DNA of 61,916 bases, the filler included, from Globobulimina sp. (taxonomy: Eukaryota): the NCBI GenBank assembly GCA_003354225.1. It is 21 parts of 21 records of this genome, joined end to end, with 100 filler letters (N's around TTAATTAATTAA, not from the genome) between each part and the next. Parts side by side here need not be neighbours in the genome. Positions count along the whole stretch, not along the records: positions 8,868 to 11,722 come from PIVH01004610.1; positions 11,823 to 14,677 come from PIVH01004611.1; positions 14,778 to 17,632 come from PIVH01004612.1; positions 17,733 to 20,586 come from PIVH01004613.1; positions 20,687 to 23,540 come from PIVH01004614.1; positions 23,641 to 26,494 come from PIVH01004615.1; 15 more parts are not named here. One strand, given 5' to 3'. The position numbers were made by a program, and so were the translations under genes. This document shows positions 10,760 through 24,008 of the stretch, piece after piece. Under the pieces are notes generated by a model that worked only from the letters and a program-made list of their open reading frames with translations, searched no databases and was not told the origin of the DNA. Each line of letters begins with the position of its first letter. Position 1 is the first letter of the stretch.

Positions 10760-11275
10760 TTAAACACTATCTTGGTCAGAATGTTTGGTATTTGTGGTGA
10801 TATTATTATCTTCGTCTTGGACTTCATCATCAAGTTCTTCATCAAGTTCATCATCATCGTCATCTTCAAATTCATTAAATGTTTGATTATGCAATCGCGA
10901 GAATCCGTATCTTCCAGTCCTTTTTTGATAGACCTTTTTGCATGAACTGTATAACCGTTCTAAGCAAATACAACCACAAATTACAACTGCAATCATACCA
11001 ATCGATGACCACACCCCACCACCTGTTATTTCTTCCGTTTCTGATTCCGATTCCGATTCCGAGATTATATCTGTATCGATATCCTGAGATGCTATATCTT
11101 GCTGTATTTCTGCTGTTTCATTCCCAGCTGATCCAGATCCTCCTTTTGTGTTTGTGGTTGTGTTTGTGTTCGTGTTTGTGTTTGTGACGATTGTTGTTAA
11201 TGGTGATTCATCCTGGCAATATATGCTAGTTATCAATGTAATGATTATTAATGATACGATTAAAGACGATTTCAT
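10760..11275 (-). CDS. Small type I membrane protein with signal peptide, low-complexity ectodomain and acidic tail
   Basis: MKSSLIVSLIIITLITSIYC signal, TM segment IGMIAVVICGCICL, D/E-rich C-terminus. Confidence 0.7.
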   Translation of the reverse strand: MKSSLIVSLIIITLITSIYCQDESPLTTIVTNTNTNTNTTTNTKGGSGSAGNETAEIQQDIASQDIDTDIISESESESETEEITGGGVWSSIGMIAVVICGCICLERLYSSCKKVYQKRTGRYGFSRLHNQTFNEFEDDDDDELDEELDDEVQDEDNNITTNTKHSDQDSV

Positions 11276-11970
11276 TGTGAATGACTGACTGAATAAAAAG
11301 TAAAAATGTTTAAATATTAAAAATACTAACAATACTAAGATCTGAGCTACACTTGAAATACTGCTTTACATATTGATATAAACGGAACAAAAAATCACCA
11401 AAATAACGGTACAGTCAACTCCATTAATCCTGTCATCGAACAGAAATGTAATTAATATTTGCATGGCCGTTTTATAATATTATATGCATCGAATATGGGG
11501 GGTTATGAAGCTTTTGCAGAAGAAATATGGTAGAATAGGAACTAGAAATATGAAAATATGAACTTCTTTCGAAAGTGATATTTATTTCGTTAGATTTCTA
11601 TTATAAATATTGTATATTTCTCAAGTACTTAAAACGTATAGTAATATGACAGTAATTGTACAGAAATATAAAATTATCATTATTCTAATTTTAAAATATT
11701 CTTTTCTCTCACTGGCATTGAANNNNNNNNNNNNNNNNNNNNNNNNNNNNNNNNNNNNNNNNNNNNTTAATTAATTAANNNNNNNNNNNNNNNNNNNNNN
11801 NNNNNNNNNNNNNNNNNNNNNNACCTTACTTCAAGCATTATGGATATTGGATGATTGGCATTGGTGTTTGTCTCATGGTTTCTGTCATTGCATATTGGTT
11901 CTATAGGCGCTACACAATTCATCTCGACTATAAAGCTGAGCAAAAATCTGCTCCTCCAAACAATATTGAA

Positions 11971-13150
11971 TTACAAACATTGTTTAAAGACTGACAAGCT
12001 TTTGTTTTTGTATATACTCTTGTTTTTGTCTTGTTTATATTCCATAATTGAAGTATTTTGATAATGAGTTAAAACGTATGGCGAATTTAATGAATCCAAC
12101 AAACATTGTTTAAATTCATTAAAAAAGTAATAGGATTTAATACGTTGATAAAACACATCCTCCTCTTTCCGATTTGTTACCATTACATAGAATTGTAAAT
12201 CCAAATCATAATCATCTGATAATCTTCGAATTCTTCTTCTTGCTGTTGTTGGTTGACTGGGTTCCACAGTGGGCTCCATTGTAGGTTCCATTGTAGGCTC
12301 TGTCGTTGGCTCTAATGTTGGATTTAATGTTGGTTCTAATGTTGGCTCAAAGGTTGGGTTTATTGATGGATGAGATGATGGGTTTACTGTGGGAAGGCTG
12401 GTTGGAACAACGGACGGGTTTACTGTGGGATTGCTCGTCGGCTCAACTGTTGGACCATTGGTTGGCGGTTTGGTGCTTTGCGTTGGGATCAATGTGGGTA
12501 CATTGGTTGGCTCAAATGTTGGATCATAGCTTGGCGCAAAGGTTGGACCATTTGTTGGATAATTTGTTGGATGGTTTGTGTTCTGTGTTGGGTTAACTGT
12601 GGGATTAGTGGTTGGCTGCAATGTGGGATAAGTGGTTGGTTCCAATGTTGGCAGACTTGGCTGTAGTGTTGGGTCGTATGTTGGATCTGTATACAATGCA
12701 AACAATATGAATATGACACGCAAATTCGCAATAATAAAATAATAATATATTAAATATATATTATACCCGCAGTGGGGTCGTGTGTAGGATCAAACGTAGG
12801 TTCTGTAGTTGGAGAGGTGGTAGGATGTGGACTGTGTTTTATTATGCGTTCATGACATTGATTAGCAGGAAATGAAAATGTGCATTCACATAATGTCCGC
12901 CTAAATAAACTATCCAGAGTTAATTCACCATCGCCACCATTCGTATCAACATCAAAATTGGCGTTTGCCATAAGTATGGACATTGTGAATGTTACATCTG
13001 TGTTATATAATATTAATATATAATATGTTTTTCTTTTTGATTAAGAGATTTTATAATCATTTAACATTTTGGGTATTGAGCTGTTGGTTGTAGTGTTGGA
13101 TGAAGTGTCGGCTTAGTTTCATCATCAACTTTACCTTCTTGACAATCAAC
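11971..13150 (-). CDS. Mucin-like PT-repeat (PTxxP) surface protein, multi-exon and partial
   Basis: Dozens of PTLQ/PTFE/PTVN repeats spread over exons separated by AT-rich introns. Exon boundaries are approximate. Confidence 0.7.
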
Positions 13151-13345
13151 GATAGTTAGATGTTGAAGATGAATCAATAGAATTAGTATTAGAAACATCG
13201 TAGATTTGTAGATTTGTAGTTGTATTTCAGAAATGTTGACATGTGTCAGTGTCTAGGCAGTGTTCCATGAGATAGTATTCTAACTATTCTTGACAATCTT
13301 GTTCCACTCGAAACAAACACCCAGTGACAATCTTGTGCTTTTCAA

Positions 13346-14587
13346 ATGAAATATCATTCGTATTATATGATAATAGTATCAATGGGTCTATGTTTTATTG
13401 TGGCGTTTTTAACAATTTTAATTCATCACAAAGCATCAATTTATTTTTGGGACAAATTGCAATCAAATCCATATTTAGACCCATCTATTTTGCGAAAAAT
13501 GAGACACGACACACTCAAACAGTCGTTATTAATGTATGGTATATATGTTAGTTCAGTATTGTGTGGATTATTATTTTTTTTGTGTCATATCTCAAATGAA
13601 TTTGGGGAATGGTTTTGTAAATACGGCATTGCCTTTTGTGTTATTGTTTATTTCTCGACAAAAATATTCTTTTATGGCTATTTATTAGAACGAGCTGTTT
13701 TAATCCAAAACGATAATCATTGGATCATATCGCCATTCATTATGAAAAAAGCAATCCCCACTTATTTATTTTTGTATTTTGTAACCCATTCAATCACCAT
13801 TTCGCTATATTTTCGTGGCAATTTAGTCGACGAACAATGTAAATTTGAGACATTTTTACCGCCATTATTTACAATATCTTCATTTTTAGACATTTTGCAT
13901 TGTATAATATTAACAGTGCTGTTTCTAGGACCAAATTGTAGAGATATTTATTATGGAATATCTGATATATTTAACAGCCCGCAACAAATTAAAACATTTA
14001 TAATTAACACAAACATCCATTTGTTTTGCATATTGCTATGCATCATGTCCTCAATGATCAGCAACATTTGTTTTGCACAGAATACGCCGGAATGTATGTG
14101 GTTTATCGCCAATATCAATATAATGATAAATTGTATATGTTCGTGTTTCACATTAGCATCCAACAGAAATTATGTCTTTCCGTCACACTGCAAAAACAAA
14201 ACTATATTAAGATATATTAATCGATTATTTTATTGTAACTATTTTTTGTGTTTACATTACGTGAATAAACAAATAAATAAAATAAAAGAAATGCAAATAC
14301 ATAATCAACAACAAAATGAAAATGAAAATGAAAAAGAAAAAGAGAAAAATGATGAAGATTTAGATGGCGATATCGATATTCTAAATGTTCCGGATATGGA
14401 CAATGATCAATCAATTCCAATGTTTTCTATTTTAAATAATAGTTCGCTATTAACTCAAGCAGAAATTGACGATTTCGACTTGCCACTAATGAATCCAAAT
14501 GATTCTAGATCTTCTCATCTCACTCATCACTGTAACTGTTTGACTCCACAAATAAATAATAAATCTGGAATGTTCAATCTCATATAA
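13346..14587 (+). CDS. Orphan 7TM (GPCR-like) protein
   Basis: Seven hydrophobic segments, FCK...YFSTKIFFYGYLLERA at TM3, and a long polar C-terminal tail. Confidence 0.72.
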   Translation: MKYHSYYMIIVSMGLCFIVAFLTILIHHKASIYFWDKLQSNPYLDPSILRKMRHDTLKQSLLMYGIYVSSVLCGLLFFLCHISNEFGEWFCKYGIAFCVIVYFSTKIFFYGYLLERAVLIQNDNHWIISPFIMKKAIPTYLFLYFVTHSITISLYFRGNLVDEQCKFETFLPPLFTISSFLDILHCIILTVLFLGPNCRDIYYGISDIFNSPQQIKTFIINTNIHLFCILLCIMSSMISNICFAQNTPECMWFIANINIMINCICSCFTLASNRNYVFPSHCKNKTILRYINRLFYCNYFLCLHYVNKQINKIKEMQIHNQQQNENENEKEKEKNDEDLDGDIDILNVPDMDNDQSIPMFSILNNSSLLTQAEIDDFDLPLMNPNDSRSSHLTHHCNCLTPQINNKSGMFNLI

Positions 14588-14867
14588 ATTTAATTAAATT
14601 AGAATTTGTATCGCCTCACACGCACACGTCGTACACACACATTTTTTTTTAATCTATTTATTTATTATACCTCCAGTNNNNNNNNNNNNNNNNNNNNNNN
14701 NNNNNNNNNNNNNNNNNNNNNTTAATTAATTAANNNNNNNNNNNNNNNNNNNNNNNNNNNNNNNNNNNNNNNNNNNNTTTCATGGATCCATGGTACCGAC
14801 AGTTTGAAGACATAAAGAATTTCTGTTTGGCCCTACGAAAAAACCACATTGTATAATTAAAAAAATG

Positions 14868-16366
14868 CTAAGTTTGAATATCATGATTTTCGCTTATTTC
14901 AATTTCATTGGTGGTGTCATTGTCATTGTCATCATTGTCATAACCAGTGTCGCCACTATTTATATCAGCATTACTATCCACATCATTTGCTATATTGACC
15001 TCCCTATTATCCATCATTTGTGCATTATTCTCATTATCGTTTACATCTTCATCCAAATTTACATCGTCCATATCCGGATTAATATTATTTATCATTGAAT
15101 CAATCTGCAGATCATCCACAAACTTATTTTTTTCCTCCTCGTTCACATTCTCATTCACGTTCAAATTATCCTCAATTGCTTCAACAACAACAATATCCAC
15201 ATCATCCTTTACATTATGCTTAGCATCGTCATTCTCATTTTTATTCTCATTCTCACTCTGCTTGTCATTATTTATTTTTTCCTCATCATTATCAGCAGAA
15301 TATCCATCATTTGCATTATAATCCACATTCCCCACAACACCACCCGGCGTGTTCCCAGATTTCCATTTTTGAACAAAAGAATAAAACTGCTGTACATAAT
15401 AAACAACCTCAATATTTAGCTTCTCCTCCACAATATTTATAGCTTCCAATAATTGCTGTTTCGTATTCTCAAACACTTTAATATGAGTTGGTAGCTCTTC
15501 CCTGGCTGCGGACAATTTATTTTTCAACTCATCCACCGTTGGATTTGACTGCATCAATTTGCCCAAACCGATTCTTAATTTTCCAAACGTACCAATTCCC
15601 ACTGCACTCTCCTTATTTTTGTTATTCTTACTCTCACTCTCAATGGATTTCGGATTCTCAATGTCCTCAATCTTTTCTTTTAAATTCGTGATTGTGGTGC
15701 AACAATTATCAAATTGTAGCTTGTGATGAATATACTTCTTTTTTATATCCACCGCGTGCATGATCTCGTGCTGTAATATATTCCTCAACGGCACCACCAA
15801 TAATTGGCTTGCGTGGCCGTACCTTTTTTTTGATTCTTGTTGGTCTAAATATAATTCCTTGGAGATTCCCTGCATAATCTCAGCAAACTCGTTCTTGTCC
15901 TTCTTAGCGTTGCTATCATTGCTTTTGGAATCGTCAAATGTATTTATCACAGTATGGCACTCAGTTAATGCATCAATTAAATTGGTCTGATCGTTCCATG
16001 TTTGTAGCATAGATGTTGTCCACTTCTCTGCGTTACGCAATAATGAATCAATTTGTTCTTTGTATGTGTCTAATTTTTGAAAGGCCTCTGCGACGTCACT
16101 GCTATCTTCTGACTCTTCAATCTGTCCGGTCTTTGCGTAAATATATAATTTAGCATCGGCTATTCCGCCTTTTGCCCATTTTAATGCTTGATTGGTTCGC
16201 GCATAGCGTTGATTTTCATTTTGCTCTCTTAGTTTGCCTTCGTCTTCGTTGGGTGGTGCTGGTTTATCGGCATCGTTGCCCTTCTGATTAGATATGGATT
16301 TTGTACTTGCGTGCAACGGAGGTTGTTATTGGAAAAACACACCTTGTTTCTTTTGGCAACTGACAT
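14868..16366 (-). CDS. BAR-domain-like coiled-coil protein with an Asn/Asp-rich tail
   Basis: Exon 1 is MSVAKRNK, followed by a 59-nt intron at 16284-16342. KTGQIEESED and LVVPLRNILQHEI...KKKYIHHKLQFD match the BAR helical pattern. Confidence 0.7.
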
Positions 16367-16419
16367 GGTCAAACTAGATAAAAAACTTGATAAATTAAGT
16401 TGAGCTGCTTGCAAGGGAG

Positions 16420-17601
16420 ATGATGGCAAATGCAACCGTTTCTAATGGAACAACTTTAGAACCTCATCCACATGCAAACAATGAAGAATTAGCAGCAGCA
16501 GAAGACACTGCAGTGATTGTAATCCAATGTGTCGCGATATTATTTGAATTTTGTTTGTTGATACCGATGATAATAACACTATGTAACAGCTACAATAGAA
16601 TATATACAAAACCAAGCGAGAGAGAGGATACTGACGTTTCTGAATTTGATAAAAAAAACGTGCAGTTGTTGCATAACGGCAGAGTTTGTACATTTATTTC
16701 GCTTTTAACCTATATTGTTGCTGGGTTTTTTATCCTAATTCAAGAAATACATGAAGCGCCATTGATTGTTGATCATTTAGTTTACATTTTTTTAATATTA
16801 TCCTATACGTTTATTTTTTTTGCATTACGGTCGATTGGAATGGAATATTTTTTGACATTTATTTCAAAATATTGTGATGAGCATGGCATAAATAATCAAA
16901 AAAGAAATGAATTTTCGAGATTATTTAAAGGCATTTATAATGCATTTGGGGCATTTTCTGTGATTTATTGGTTTGGTTATTTGATTGCAGTGTGTACGAA
17001 TACAAATAATTTCCTTGTTTCTGCAATTGGTATTGGCCATATTTATTTAGCATCAATCACTTTATTACACGTTTAGTAGACTGACTATACTCACACTTCT
17101 ATGATATTCAATGTATTCCAAATAAAATAGGGTGGAATGCTTGAAGCAATTTATAAGTACAGAGATGACGACAGTCAATCGTCGAGATTATTGGATAACG
17201 ATCAAATCCAAGAACAGGATGCAAACAATGATAATGAGACTGAAACAAACAGTATGATGCAAACAATTGAATTAGATGAAAAAAGAGAGGATGATAACAA
17301 GGATGCTGGTGTTGATGACGAGACATACAATATACAGGAGAATGAAAATGGAAATGTAGATGATAATGAATTGACAGGAATTGATTTTAAAAACATGCCA
17401 ATTATTCGAAAATGGGTATTTTTCTTTGTTGGATGTGGGGTATTATTAGTTTTAGAAGGTATAAGTTATGCAGTTGCTTACAGTAAAAATGATGGTGACT
17501 TTGAATTCCCAGAGGTTCATCCTTTTTTTTTATTTACAATATTTGCATTCTTTGCTTTATTGCATTGTATATTTTTAAAATACACCTGGATTGAATATTG
17601 A
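16420..17601 (+). CDS. Multi-pass (about 7 TM) membrane protein of unknown function
   Basis: Two ORFs joined in frame by a GT-AG intron at 17071-17130. About seven hydrophobic helices with an acidic loop. Confidence 0.72.
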
Positions 17602-17732
17602 ATGCCTCTCTGGTCTAAGTATCATTAATTGTNNNNNNNNNNNNNNNNNNNNNNNNNNNNNNNNNNNNNNNNNNNNTTAATTAATTAANNNNNNNNNNNN
17701 NNNNNNNNNNNNNNNNNNNNNNNNNNNNNNNN

Positions 17733-19296
17733 ATTGCTCTACATTTATCGGTTCCGATATGGACAATACATATACTTCGTCAGTGGCAATCCTGTCCACA
17801 TTCAATGGCTGCAAAGCGGGGAAACATCCACTCCAATCACATGTAGCTATGCTTCCACTTCCTCTGCATTGCTGAATGGAGCTACCATCGTTGTCGAAGA
17901 GTTCCACATATTGTGTGTCTGTGTGGAGCTCCTGGAATGAAAAACTGATGCTTGGATTCACACAATGTGTGTCATGCACTGCATAATGAATTTCAAATGT
18001 GGTCGGTGCAGAATCATTGATATCTGCAATGGAAACAGCTGCGGATGTCTCCGAACCTAATTATAAAATGATTTATTCCAAAGCCAGTGAAAGGTACTTC
18101 AATCACAGAAAAAAAGTGTTACACATTTTATTCTCTGCCAAAACAGATTTATGGTTATGTTTGGAAAGATTTATAAATATTATATTAAATCAAAGATCCG
18201 TAACTAGTTGTCATCAAACTAGTGTTTTCATGAAGGAGTGTGCTTTTTGATGAATATAAATCGATAATGTATTTACAGTACCTACCTATCATTGGATATA
18301 AATCCACATAATAACAATATATATCCGCACCGCATGACGTTTTTATATCTGCGGTTGGTGATGGCGTGGGTATATTTGTAGGAGCAGGCGTCGGATTGGT
18401 AGTGGGAGCAGGTGTTGGGTTACGTGTTGGATTGTATGTAGGTGCCGGTGTTGGTGATGGAGTGGGCGAAGGAGTGGGAGCCAGTGTTGGTGAGGGAGTG
18501 GGTGCCGGTGTTGGTGATGGAGTCATTGGAGTGGGGGGAGGAGTGGGAGCCGGTGTTGGATTGCGGGATGGATTGCGTGTGGTTGGTGAAGCAGTGGGAG
18601 CTGCTGTACTGGATGTTATAGAGAGAGTGTATAAGCCTTCATTTGAGCTCCATGCTTGGATTTGTATGTAATAATCGCCGGGTTCTAAGGACACTGTGAA
18701 TTGCTCATTGAGTCCACATCCGCAGTCATCGCCATCACAATCTATAGGATTTATGTCCTGTCCCTCGGAGTTTCGAAGCCATAATTTTGTATCGAATGAA
18801 CTGGCACAGTTGTCCAAGGTTACAGAGGCTGACACTGTTAAAGTCATTTTCATGTATTGTGGTTGCGGAGAGAATGATGCTTTAATATAACTGTACACGG
18901 TTTCACTGCGAGACACTACATTGACCACTGGCGATAAGCCTGAGGTGCCGGATAAATCGGAGCTTATTTCTGATGATATGTTTTATGTGTTTGTTTTTTG
19001 TTACATGGGAGTATAATTTTTATGACTGAACTGCAACATTCTTTTGGATTTGAATTTGTTGAGTCTGGATCGCCAAATGTAAGGTCGTTGCAGGTGACAG
19101 CGACTCCTCCGGTTTTCTCATAATAGGACCATTTGTTACCAATGCCATAAGCTATGATTTTATTACCTATTGTTGTGCATTGGTCTCCTTCGTATCCACC
19201 ACCACAGGCTACGAAGTCGGTATCGCATGCATCAATAATATAATAGAAGCAATGAGATAATATAAACGATATCAGTAGAAACGATCTGTGTGCCAT
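17733..19296 (-). CDS. Secreted modular protein (lectin-like Cys domain, PPC-like domain, TPAP/TPSP stalk), 3'-truncated
   Basis: Signal peptide [13 protein letters not shown], then IAYG...[12 protein letters not shown], then SFDTKLWL...[10 protein letters not shown]....GLYTLSI, then PTPAPTPSP repeats. Several introns. Confidence 0.7.
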
Positions 19297-19394
19297 TGGC
19301 AGTCCAGTGACTGTGATGTTTTTTTTCTGATAAAAACAGTTTAGATGCAAAATTTATATTTTAAAACAGTTACTTCAAACTTCATTCAATCATA

Positions 19395-20586
19395 ATGTCA
19401 GAGAAAACAACAGAAGATATAATAGTGCTAAAAGAACAACACATTCCTGTATCTAAGGATCATTTTTTATCTGTGTTATTGGACAAATTTGAATCAGAAA
19501 AAGCAAAGCAATCATTTGGTGAGTTAGCGAGTTGTATCGAGACATTATTTTATGTGAATCGTATCGCTAAAATTGAGGTATATTAATATATTTTTACCCA
19601 TCATACATTTATGTTCATTCTAAAACAAAACAGGGATTTAAACAATGTTATTCCTGTTTTTCTCGTTTACATGAATTTAAACACAACTTATCATCCCAAC
19701 AACTATCAATAAGACAATTAAAATTAATGAAAATGATTTATTTCATATTGAAAGATGCACATTTTTCCGCTATAACCTTTGAAATGTACAAGAACTCGAT
19801 AGAGAAAGTATTTTTATCTGACCTCCCAATAAAAGTCGATTGGCCCAAACTTGATTCAAATCTTTTAACCCAATTCTATGCCAAATATCCCTCCCTAAAT
19901 CCATACAAAAATCTCACATTAAAACCTCCATTTTACCAACATTTCGCTATGTTTTATCGTGGATATGGTTTAAGCACAATGACCGATCTATTCATCACTC
20001 CAAAGTTAAATCTCATTTTAGCAGACTTACTACCACTCATTCAATCAAACATCGCCGCCGCATTATTTTCTAAAAAGACTTCACAAACTCCGACTGACAG
20101 AATTGTACCCGAAAAATTGCCAAAATCCAGTATCGAACAAGAAATTGATATGTTAAAATTGAAACGTATCTCCTTATTAGATACATACAACGCCGCTAAA
20201 GCACAAGGCGTTGGTTCTACGTTGTGGTGGTTTTTAAAAAATATTAAAATCCAAGAACCCACTTTTAAACGGCTGCTGTTAATTTACCGTCCAATCAGTG
20301 AAAGCTTTGTGGCTGAACAGACTCGAAAATTAAAAGCAAAAGCTACGAAAATAAAGTCTTCGTTAAAGCGAACGGGTTTGGCCTTAAAGTTAAATGCAAA
20401 GCAAGTTCCGGGTGGTTTGGTGGATGAAATTGGTCGAAAACGTGATTCTGCGTTGTTCGAATCACCCGATGTCACATCGTTGGCAGTGACGCCGTGTGCT
20501 GACACATATTCGCATCCGATTCGCATTCAATATTTCAGTGACATTGCAATGAGTGATTTGGAAGTAACGTATCCGGCGAAACAGTT
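19395..20586 (+). CDS. DUF3754/TMEM143-family protein, 3'-truncated
   Basis: Motifs LPIKVDWPKLD..LL, IQEPTFKRLLLIYR and IQYFSDIAMSDLEVTYPAK. Intron at about 19578-19633. Confidence 0.72.
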
Positions 20587-20894
20587 NNNNNNNNNNNNNN
20601 NNNNNNNNNNNNNNNNNNNNNNNNNNNNNNTTAATTAATTAANNNNNNNNNNNNNNNNNNNNNNNNNNNNNNNNNNNNNNNNNNNNAAAATGAATAATAA
20701 TGCTCATATCCAGACACATTTCCTGTCTGACCAGAGACTGTTCCTCCGCACCATAAATGTCCTTGATAATTGATTGGAATTACACCCAAACTACGTTTGA
20801 CATTTAAGACAATAGTTACCAAAGCACAAAGTAGCATTGTTGGTTAAAGATCTTGTTTTAAAAACCTTTTAGTTCAGTTCCAAGCCGAAAAGCA

Positions 20895-23540
20895 ATGCCA
20901 ACTATTCGAGTGGTAGTTCGGTTCAGGCCGATCAATTCGCGAGAAAAGAAAACCGCAGAAGAAAACAATTGGTCCGACAAACTCATCTGTCCAATATATG
21001 TCGATGAGAGACACCTATTGGAATTTGATGGTGATGATGTTAAAGAACAAGATAAACTCGGAAAACAAGTGAGATGCATCCCATCCACTGCAAGGTCAAT
21101 CGCACAGCAACCGAAATTTGCGTTTGATGAGATATTGGTATGGGTCAATCAAGAAACAGCATATAACCTAATTGGCCATCCCGTAGTCATGGATGCTTTG
21201 AATGGCATCAATGGTACGATATTTGCATACGGCCAGACCGGATCTGGCAAAACGTTCAGTATGTTTGGTCCAGAACCTTTAACCGTAAATAATCCACAAT
21301 TAATGGGCATAATTCCAAGATGCTGTGCTCAAATATTCACCAATTTGTCGTCAAACACATCTATCAAAGCATATAGAATCGATGTAGCATTTTTTGAGAT
21401 ATACATTCATAACACAATACGCGACTTATTACATCCAGCTAAAAAAGGCGATCCGCCATTAAAAGTACGCGATGGCCTCAAAGGTGTCTTCATTGAACAC
21501 TTAAAACCTGAGACAGCAACGAATTTAGAAGAAATCTTATCGTTAATTGCGTTGGCCAACAGCCATCGCACTGTGTCATCAACTAAGATGAATGCAACCT
21601 CATCACGGTCGCATTCAGTCATGCGAGTTTCCATCCGTATCGAACGTAAAGATGGCTCTCGTTGTAAATCACAAATCAACTTTGGCGACCTGGCCGGGTC
21701 TGGTATGTAAAAAATGCATGAAAGAAAGTGTGATAAGTAACCTTAATTTGCAAGCTGACATGTTGAGGTTAAGTGACTTAAGAGTTTTAGTGGAAATATC
21801 GAAAAACTTTACAGTCTGATTTTGTTCAAATTAATATGCGATCATATGGTAATCATTAATTTACACAAAATCATTGCAAATTTCAAGGCTGCGGAAGGTT
21901 TAACTAATTTCATACATTTCTCACAAACTTATGCTTTCTTTCAGAGAAAGTCAACAAAACGGGAGCAACTGGGCAGACATTACGCGAAGCCCAAGCTATC
22001 AATCAGTCGCTGACCATGCTGGGCAATGTCATTGCAGCGCTAGCAAAAATTGGCAGTGGTAAAAAAAAAGCGGGCAGCATGGTTCCGTTCAGAGATAGCG
22101 CTTTGACGCATGTCTTAAAAGATTCTTTATCTGGCAATTGCAAAACTACATTGGTAGTGGCGGCCAGTCCGCATAAGTTTAATTTGCTAGAAACAGTCAG
22201 TACATTTCGGTTTGGTTCCCGCTGCAAACTCGTTAAGACCAAAGCAGAGAAAAATGTGGTATTATCCCCCGGCCAAATGCGCAAAATGATTGAATCTTTG
22301 AAAACTGAGATAAAAACACTTAAAATGCAGATGTTGAAAGGTGGTGGGAGCGGTCACGGAGAGCTGAGTGGAATTGGTGTGAAAATCACCTGGCCCAACG
22401 ATTTCCAGCCATGGACTCGAGAGCAGAATGTCTATAAAGTTCTAACTAAACAAATTAATAAACAAATTAAAAACGTTTTGCAGATTTCGGTTGCTAAGAA
22501 CAGCGATGATGTGGAAAATATGCCATATGTGGTAAGCTTGAGTGATATTGGTGTGTTTTTTATGTTATTTAATATATATGGATATGAAACATGATAATTC
22601 CTTCAGGCACAAAGCGCAAAGTTGTGATACAATTTCATTGTGACGACGAGGATGAAGATGGGGATTACAGCCGGGAAGAATGTATTGCGTTAAGTAAGAA
22701 GTTAGCGCATGAAATTGGTAGAATCAATAAGAATTCGTTACAACCGGCGTTGAGAAATTATAAAATGTGTAAGGTATTTAGCGAAGCATCGACGCGGGAA
22801 TTAAAACATGTCATTCAAACACAAAAGACACACATTACAGTATTAAGTGAAGAGATAGATAATTATCAGCAGGAATTGGGCGAGAAAAGTAAAGAAATTA
22901 TAAATTTACAACAGACGATGGATAATTTTGATACTGTATCAAATGTATCAAGTGGGAGTTTTGCGTCATACAGTTCCGGAGTGTCTGGGACTGGATCTTC
23001 GATTAAAATGCCTGACTTATTCGGTAAAAGCGACCTTCGCACTTCGTCGATATTTAACGGTGCGTTGATTGGTAGTAATAATTCATTGCGAGTCAGCGAT
23101 TTGTTGTCGCAATTATTACACAGTAAATACCAGGTTTTGCGCAGTAAGCGTTCACTGCAATTGTTGCAAGTACGCTATGCTGGCGAACAAAAGAAAATGC
23201 AGCAATTGAGATATATAATCAGTAGAATGCAAGCTGAGTTTATGGATTTGAAAGCGACGTCGTTGGTATCCAAAGCTGTGTTATCTGCTGCAGCAGACAC
23301 ATATAACCATGATCCAGATCCATTGGTGGCGACCATGTCCATAAGGTATCGAATTCATATAATTCGATGTTTTACATGCATAGATGCTGCAAACTTGAAT
23401 AAAACACATCAATAAACACATCTATGCATCTAAAATTATATAAATATGCATTCGAATTCAGTTTGAGGGACCAATTCAGTGTAAATTCAGCTTTGTTAGA
23501 CGAGGACGATAATGATTTTATTTACGGCGCATTGGATGAC
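20895..23540 (+). CDS. Kinesin with N-terminal motor domain (kinesin-1-like), 3'-truncated
   Basis: IRVVVRFRP, P-loop GTIFAYGQTGSGKT and MNATSSRSH. An intron at 21703-21944 restores DLAGSE-KV. VPFRDSALT and a coiled-coil stalk follow. Confidence 0.95.
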
Positions 23541-24008
23541 NNNNNNNNNNNNNNNNNNNNNNNNNNNNNNNNNNNNNNNNNNNNTTAATTAATTAANNNN
23601 NNNNNNNNNNNNNNNNNNNNNNNNNNNNNNNNNNNNNNNNAAGTTTGTTTAATTTGATGTCGTCACATGATGATGTCACGATGTTGTCTTTGATAACCGA
23701 GGGAAATGATATCTGTGCCTGTGCCATGAGCTTTGCTGCTTGCTTTTTTTTTAAGAATGTTAAGAATTGCTAGCGAAGAATAAAAACTGCTTAAATAAAT
23801 CTTTTTGTTCAATGAACAAATCCCCGAAATTAATAATTTTGATATCAAAAAAATACTGGCTGTTTGTGATTATAATTTTGATATTCAACATCCTTTAAAT
23901 TGTCGGATTTACTCATTGGTGGACAAAAATATTTATTTATTTAAATATTTATTTATTTATGTATTTAATGTAAATAAAAAAAAAAGGAGCAACAAATCAA
24001 AAAAAAAT

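Noticed and set aside
14947-15321. Ser/Phe-rich plus-strand ORFs
   Set aside because: These are antisense shadows of the Asn/Asp/Glu-rich BAR protein tail. The same applies to most short ORFs in the track, such as 9128-9577 and 56117-56434.
18366-18671. GVGAGVG-repeat ORF resembling fibroin or elastin
   Set aside because: It is the antisense shadow of the PTPAP repeat protein.
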